DNA of 64,000 nucleotides from Trichoplax sp. H2 (Eukaryota): the NCBI GenBank assembly GCA_003344405.1, contig NOWV01000003.1, positions 1,178,001-1,242,000 of the forward strand, read 5' to 3'. A program made the position numbers and the translations under genes. Positions 56,101 to 64,000 of this stretch are shown piece after piece (the first letter of the stretch is position 1; each line of letters opens with the position of its first letter). The notes below the pieces were generated by a model. It was not told the DNA's origin. It saw nothing but the letters and a program-made list of their open reading frames with translations, and ran no database searches.

Positions 56101-59100
56101 ACATTCTGCATTCACAATCAAACGTATATTTCAGCTTATCTATTTGTCCTTCTACTTTGTTATTGTGGTTCTCTTCGATTCGGTGAAAGTTTTCATAATT
56201 TTGTTCCTTGGGGTAAATAGTCAAGATCACGTTTGTTTAAATTGGTTTTGCAGTGTAAATGTCTAGTACAGCACTGTACGTGATATTCGCCTACATTCAT
56301 TTCAGCTACGATTTTAAAAATAATTAGGAATCTTACTCTAATATCTGTTTATGGCGGAGAGTATGAACTATCCTATCATTCACTATCCCGTCTTTTTTAT
56401 TTAGGCTAATGTTAATTCCCTCCCACATTGTAGCCATTTAGAATAGAACCTACTTCATATGAGTATTTCCATTTATGATCCTTTTTTTATAAAGTTGTAA
56501 GTCTTAGTCTTATTCTGAGGCAGAATTGCATATTATAATAAGTTTCATATTCATATGAAACTCTAAGAATATGATTTCCTATAACTCTTTCCTAAATATG
56601 CTCTTACTTATGACACAAAGTACTACAGCTGGTTTCAATCAATTTATTCTAGCTATGATATTATATATGACTAATAGACAAAAGCCGTCTTATTTTATTA
56701 TTAGCTTAGTTTTTAATTAGTACCATGTCCTATACCGGCGAAAATGTTCGTATTCTCGAGTGAATCATTTATGAGTCTTTCATTATCATAGCCGCAATCA
56801 TGTCTACAAACATTCCTTTTAATTGTTTGTTATTTTCATTAAGATGATCAATAGCAATATATCTAGACTATAACTTAAGGAAATCAAAATCGAATAGGAG
56901 AAAGATCAGTTTAAAAAATTCGGAAGAAATACATCTGTTTTGGTTGTTCTTAAAATTGACCGTAACAAATCTATACGTACTTACAGTACTATTTATCATT
57001 CAATAAATTAGTTCGAATTAGAATTACAAATACGTATTTAAGCAAAACATGAATTATTGTTTGATCGGAAATCAATTCTTTCTCCCTGATAATTTTGCAA
57101 AATAAGTTATCGTTGTTTTTCCTGCTACCAAAACAACACCTCTAACTATTCTTTGGTAGGTATTACCTATTATTTCGACTAATGATAAAAAGTAGACGTA
57201 ATCGCTTTCAATACATCATAAATTGGCCAAAAATTGAATTATTTATTATTCTACATAAGAAAAAAATTATTATTTATATTAATAGTTAGGGTATTTTTTA
57301 TTCTCGTGATGTTAAAATTATGTTTCTGTTCGCTAATTTAGCTGTTAAGACCGAGTAGATATTTTTTCGCTTCCAGTTATCCAACGTACTGTAATCTGTT
57401 CTTATTACGAATGCTATTTTCGTGAGCTCAATTATTTGAATCCTCCTGCCAATTAGATGTTAATTCTGATAATTCAACTTACTGTGTAGTCAGAATTCCT
57501 TGCATACTTCCAAGTTACAGAGGAAAATAATGTAACTCTACCCATTTAGCATACTTTCAATTTTGGGAGGAGAATGAAAAACTTTCACTCATATTTCATT
57601 TGATTAAAGTAGATGCACAAAATTAACCGATCATGCTACAATTATTATTTTATATCATTATGGCCAGAAATCCTGTCATTTTCCCAACTTGACTTGATTA
57701 GGAGGTTTTGCGACAGCTGCACAATTTGTATTGTGTCCGTTTAGAATACGACTTTTAGATAAGTAAAAAAAGTATAGAGGAGATACAATCGCATATCATG
57801 TATTAAATCAATGAGTGATCTTAATTCTACCATATGGACGCTGATTTTTGTACAGCATAATAATTAGACTGCTTATATGAGTTTTGTACGGATTTTTGTA
57901 CTTATTCCATTAGAATACCAACATTCTTTTATCTTGTAAAATTAACTGATAGAGGCCATTGATTATTGGTTTGCATCATGAAAAATTTTAGTACTAATTA
58001 TTTTCAATTACAATAATATTGATGAAAAAATTTAATACGTTATTATTTATAGGGTGCATTTATCCTTGTTGTCGAAGCATTAAATAAGAAATCACCACTT
58101 AAATCCGGTATGTCAAATCATCAATTTGGTGTTGTATGTTGTTGTTGATGTTATTTGTTAGCTTTCAAGTTCAATTTGAATACAATTGACGTCTATTATC
58201 ACCTATTGAATATTTTTGTAATCGGTTGAAAACTTATTGTTCATCGTTATCGCTCAATTTAACTTCGGTCTTTTAATGACTTTATTTCTATATTTTACGT
58301 CAGAACAATCCAGTTGACAATAGTCTAGAGATACCCAACTATTATTGTTTAATAGAATATAAGTTACGATTTGCTTTGATAAATATTAATGTTGATGTTT
58401 TATTAGCTTTCCTTATACTACGTTGGAGATGCATCACTTTCATGAATCACAATACTATATTGATGATGCTAAATATTCATTCATGATATGGATAATTTTA
58501 ATTTAATTTAATAAGAGTAACACGTTGGTAGCGAAAGATCATTTACTTTAAATCCAGTTGAATTTAAAATTTCTAGCGAATGCCCATATATTTTCTTATA
58601 AATAGTTGAATGCATCTAATTTCCCTAGTATTACGGTCATGAACAAGTTCATTAATTCTATATTCGATCAAATTATGAATACAGTATAAATTATGTATAC
58701 GAGTATAGACAAACATCTAAGATTTTATTACAGATAATGTAAAATATTACTGCAATAAGTAATAACTTAGCCGTCACAAACTATTACATTAGTATCCTGA
58801 AAATTTAAATATTTGTGATCGAAATTCATTTATATAGACAATTAGATTGACGGATATTTCTCTCACTGAATGTTTAGTACTTGATTCGGACAGGAAATAT
58901 TGATCAATTGTCGTTAACATTAATAATTCGGACAAAAGTATTTGTTTAATATTAAGAGTTGGTATTATTAATGATAAATTCAATATACTTAGCAAATTGA
59001 ATTTTCTCTACCAGCTATACACGATAATAATAATACTGCATACTTGATATTATTTTTTCGATTAATGATCATAATTATACTATTATACAATAGTCAACAG

Positions 59101-62100
59101 ATGTCCATTGGGAAGGCTAGCATTTCAAATCAGACAATCGCTTAAGACAATATAATTATTATATTCTATTAGGTCACTCTTTAGTCCTCATCTACCGCGC
59201 TAATTTCGTTTTTCCGTCCTTTTCCCTATATACTTTATTATAGCATTGACATCCGACTCTTAATTCACTGTATACGTATGCAAGGAATAAAATTAATTTA
59301 GTTTTTAGGCAATAGATTTCGCATAGTTTGAATTGTGTAGTGAAAATACTAGGACAGAATAGCATATTATTAATAAACATATTTATTTCTTAAATTTACT
59401 GCTAAATGCCTTGAAAAGTGATTAAACAAGAAATTATACGATCTTCTAATATCAATTTATAATCGCTTGCGATAAAAATGAAAAGAGACAAGTAATAATC
59501 ATAACTGAAATAGTAAAAATCGCCAGTGTGCTATTGGGAATATCTAGTATAATTAGCGAATTTTATATTACAAACAAACATTATAAACTTAGTAAGTAGT
59601 AAGTTTTCTATTTTGATGAATATGGTCCTCAAGTAACTGTCATACAAGTTTACGGCTTATATTCTCGATCAATGATGAACATATAGTGCTCATGATTATA
59701 TTTTTCTAAATTACAATAAGATTAATATGGGAATGTTCTCATCGCAAAATTTAGTCTCTTTAATTATGAAATATGTATTAGTTTGAATTATAAGCATGTG
59801 ACAAAAAATGGCAGAGAAAATTACTATAAGCTAGCAAGTAAGGTAGAGAACGATATAAGCTAAAAGTTCGTGCAATTCAAGCAACATGTACAATCAAGAA
59901 AGGATGCTAGATAATATTCATTAATATCCTTCAATTTGCTAGTGTATATCAACTACATGTTACGTTAATCGTTTAAGTTAGATTGATTGCCAATTACGGT
60001 CTATTAAGTTGATTTAATTTTTGTTATTCGATTTAACCAATGTTTCTTTTAATTGGTTATTTTATCAAGTTGTATTCTTAGGAATGTTATCCTAGGAATA
60101 CAAAGTACATACTCTGCGTTATCACCATATCAAGTAGCATTTCTAGTGTTTAATAACCGATCATCTTTATTCGATCATAAATCGCAACTCAACTATTTTA
60201 TTTGTATCGCCATTGAATAGTTTACATTTCTGTTTACCACCCACACCATGTGAATATTTTACTTGTAATCTTGAATGTTTGATAAGAAATTAGCTAAAAA
60301 TATGGTAAATATCCGTAAGATTAAGCACTTGCTAGCTGATATTTAGAATATTAGCGCAGTTACTCTGGAGTTCTCGATTGTAAGTAAAAATTTTGATTAT
60401 CACCATATATTATTTATCCTCTACCCTAATGACTACTTTTGCCATGGTTTTGATTTATTTTGAAGATAATATTGTTAATTAATGCATCATCATCGTCTTG
60501 ATTTTAAAAAGTCTTATTTCTTTCCATTTAATGTCCTGAAGATTAATTAATCAAAACAAATTAGTGTTTGGATGCATCTAGTGACGCTTCCGCTGTCCTT
60601 CACACCTGTTCAACTTTAATTTGAATGAAACTATTGTAAAAGATTATCAATTTGACGTGAATTACGCTATTGTTACAGAGAAAACAGCTGACATTGAATC
60701 AACAATAGATTATAAAGAATTGCCAGCTGACGTTTTACGATAATTTTGATTTGCAATTTCCACGCCGCATCAAAGGCTATTTTAACTTTCAAACTAATGA
60801 CAGTATAGCTGTACTCCGATTAACACACAGTATACAACTGTACCTGCATCGTCGTATCATTTTTCTCATATACAATGACTTATCTTTCGAGTTTATAATT
60901 ACCGTGATGATCTAATATACATCTTCGTAGCCTATGATAATTTTCATACATTCTCATTATTCGAATCAAATCTAACTATAGCTGGAATAATATCATGATA
61001 TTTCTGTAGAATCATTTTGTAGTAGACAATTTAAAGTTAACACCAATTTACTTCTAGTGTATACTAAAGACAGGGTTAGGATATGCTTGATAAGTTTTTA
61101 TAATTTTTACATACAACTTCTTGACATTAATGCCAGCGCTATCGGATTCCTAATGGTTTTCAAAGGTGTTACTATGGTAACACCGGTCGGATAGAATAGA
61201 TGATGACACGTGATATAAAGTTTTCAAAACTAATTAATATCTCATAGTAAATCTAGAACCATTTAGTCTTTATTCAGTATCAACACTGGATGATTATCAT
61301 GTTCGGGTAGATGCATCCGTAAATTCCAAAATAGACGGAGCTAAAATATTAGTATAAATTTAACCTGCGTATAGATCTTGAACCATTAGCAAAGTGATTA
61401 TTAAATTATAGTAATCACAAGTATAATATTAGAAGGATAATAAATCTACGATATTTAACTATCAATGCTAACTACTGAAATGAATCTGCATCTTACGTAA
61501 TTACCTTCGCAATCTGATCATAAAATGATAGTTAGGTATAATTTTATTCTGAACTACCATCATTGTAGATACCATTGACAAAGTTGAATATCGCGATGCA
61601 ATCTACAGCGGGGCAGGGTGGAATGAACGAGAAACAACCAATGGTCATGTTGAAATGGCTTTCGAATATCGATTGGTTTGTGATCGTCACTATTATGGAC
61701 CTGGCTGCGATATTGCATGCACACCACGCAATGACCTGTTAGGCCATTATACATGTAATGATAAAGGACAGAAAGAATGTTTACCTGGTTGGAAAGGCAA
61801 ATTTTGTGAAGAAAGTAAGGTTTACTATCTTGTAGCATTATCTAGGACAACTAATATGTAAACATTAATTTCAGTAAATCTTAAGTTAAGTTAAAAAATC
61901 TGACGTTTTATATTTTAAAGGCCATATTTAAGCCTATACGGCATAGTAATAAATTTGTATGCATTAAAATTATGATGAAAAGATGCATACAATATCGATA
62001 TCGATATTGACACGTTATCTTCTGTTTCTAGTTGAATGTCCAGAAGGTTGTATCGAAGGAGGACATGGAGCATGTATTGTACCCAATAAATGCAGGTAAA

Positions 62101-64000
62101 GGATTTAAAATACAAGTTTCTTGTAAGAGCAATACTAGATGTCCTAGTCCCATTATTTAGTCTACTAACTCTATATCTTTAAACAGAATAACGACCACCT
62201 ATAGCAAGAGTAGTTTTTTTTCTAATTATTGGATTGATGTAATAAAATTATAGTTGTGGTGCGGGATGGACTGGGCCGACATGCCAACAATGTATCCCAG
62301 ATCCTAACTGTGTTCATGGTTCTTGCCAAAAGCCGAACGATTGTGATTGTGATGCTGGTTGGGGAGGCGTTTACTGCGATAAAGGTAAGGGAATGATACA
62401 CATAGATAACAAATGTAATCAAAGCCATATGCTCAAATTTATGATAAATTTATGTAAATTTTTTATAGATAAAAATTTCTGTCAAAATCATTCACCATGC
62501 CATAATGGAGCAACATGTAGTAATACTTCACCAGGAAACTACTCTTGTATGTGTCCTCCGGGATTTACTGGACGAGACTGTGAAACAAGTAAGTCTACCT
62601 ATTTGCATAATTAAAAAATTGGCACTTAACTGTTAAATCTAATAATACGGCACTACTATCAATTATTATTTATGAAATGCGAAAGTAAGATTTGGTTTAT
62701 TGCTTGTTACAGATATTAATGACTGTCTTTCCCATGAATGTACAAATAACGCTAAATGTGTGGTAAGACGACTAATGTAAATCGTTAAATTTTAAGCTTA
62801 ACCCGTGAATTGAATTTGCCTTACATTGCTATCCGCTATAAATCGGTTATAAATGGTTATTGTACTGTATTTTATAAATATATAATTATTTCGATAGGAT
62901 CTAGTTGATGGGTATCGATGTGAATGTCCATCGGGTTTTGAAGGCATGTTATGCCAGATCAATATCGATGAATGCGTAAATAATACCTGTAAAAATGGTG
63001 CAAGCTGTATAGATGGCATTGGTGAATATTCATGCAAATGTCGAACAGGTTTTACTGGAGACTATTGCGAGACTGAAATAAACGAATGTAAATCAAATCC
63101 TTGCCGAAACGGTAAATGAAAATATCTCTACGTACAATTTTAGCAATCGAATTAGAGATTGGATTTTATTTCTGCTTCGAGTATAGTCGAGCTACGAAAA
63201 GTTAACATCACATATTTTACCGTATATTATCTCTTCTTAGGTGGTAACTGTACCGACTTATTAGGAGACTTTAAATGTGATTGCCAAACCGGATTGACTG
63301 GTAAACGCTGTGAAGTTAATATTAATGAATGTGCAAGCCATCCCTGTCAAAATGGTGCAAGCTGTCATGACGGTCTCAGCAGCTATTACTGTCAATGCCT
63401 CAGTGGCTTTACTGGCGACTTATGTCAGACTAATATTAATGATTGTACTGAAGAAATTAACTGCTTAAATGGAGGCCAATGCGTGGACTTAATTAATGAT
63501 TATGAATGCAATTGTACCGATGATTACTATGGAAATATATGCGAATTACAACGTGTTAATGGATTATGTGCAACAGTTACATGCCACAATGGTGGTGTTT
63601 GCCGTGAATTTAATTCAAATGGCTACAAATGCGAGTGTGCAACGGATTTTACTGGATCCAATTGCGAGACTAATATCGATCAATGTCAGTCGCAACCTTG
63701 TGCTAATGGTGGTACATGCATTGATGCTATTGATGATTATGACTGTACATGTATGCCTGGCTTTAGCGGTAAGAATTGTAATTATTCTATTTATTCATCG
63801 GCGCCGCCAACAACTCAAATATCTACAATAGGTAAGGCTACTTATTTTTCATAATTTTAAACAGATTATAAATCTACGCAAAAACCTCAAACTGGTGGCT
63901 TTGCCTATTTCCATAATTGACATATTTTAACACATGCTTAAATTGTAGAAACGGACTCAAAAGCAATTACTGAAACTATAACTACTACTATTGATGATTC
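53160..64000 (+). CDS. DLL1: Delta-like Notch ligand (DSL family), 3'-truncated by window edge; 11 coding exons visible
   Basis: Exons: 53160-53234 (signal peptide [25 protein letters not shown]), 55504-55803 and 58053-58107 (MNNL/C2: [43 protein letters not shown]), 61569-61814 ([50 protein letters not shown]), 62032-62095 and 62254-62384 (DOS-type EGF1-2), 62469-62588, 62713-62762, 62898-63111, 63241-63831 (EGF3-10), 63949->64000 (Thr-rich). All GT-AG and in phase. The symbol indicates family membership, not 1:1 orthology. Confidence 0.93.
61165..61184. promoter_or_regulatory. Near-perfect palindromic RFX X-box in Delta coding intron 3
   Basis: GGTGTTACTATGGTAACACC; the core reverse complement GTTACC-AT-AGTAAC matches the X-box consensus, with 8-bp perfect arms. 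Confidence 0.55.

Noticed and set aside
61560..63831. Antisense and alternate-frame ORFs over Delta exons (61560-61838, 62798-63037, 63496-63831)
   Set aside because: Shadow frames of the Cys-rich DSL/EGF coding sequence.

Overview
AT-rich eukaryotic (animal) genomic DNA with short GT-AG introns. The compact architecture resembles a non-bilaterian metazoan such as a placozoan, but this is inference and not verified. Three + strand intron-containing genes were reconstructed by hand: (1) the 3' part of an ASPG-type L-asparaginase/60-kDa lysophospholipase with ankyrin repeats (<1-2705); (2) a complete 21-exon protein kinase D (ULD-C1a-C1b-PH-kinase-PDZ ligand, 6893-18521, ~840 aa); (3) the 5' part of a Delta-type Notch ligand (signal peptide, MNNL/C2, DSL, 10 EGF repeats, Thr-rich stalk; 53160->64000). 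Non-coding highlights: an island of palindrome-forming TACAG/CTGTA pentamers centred on the PKD first exon; a 1.3-kb near-identical duplication flanking a 20-N gap (probably two haplotypes) whose indels fall in the pentamers; a ~32-kb region with no recognisable gene upstream of Delta; and candidate Delta cis-elements (E-box/N-box/CRE cluster, GC boxes, TATA, RFX X-boxes). No tRNA, rRNA, CRISPR array or transposase was recognised.
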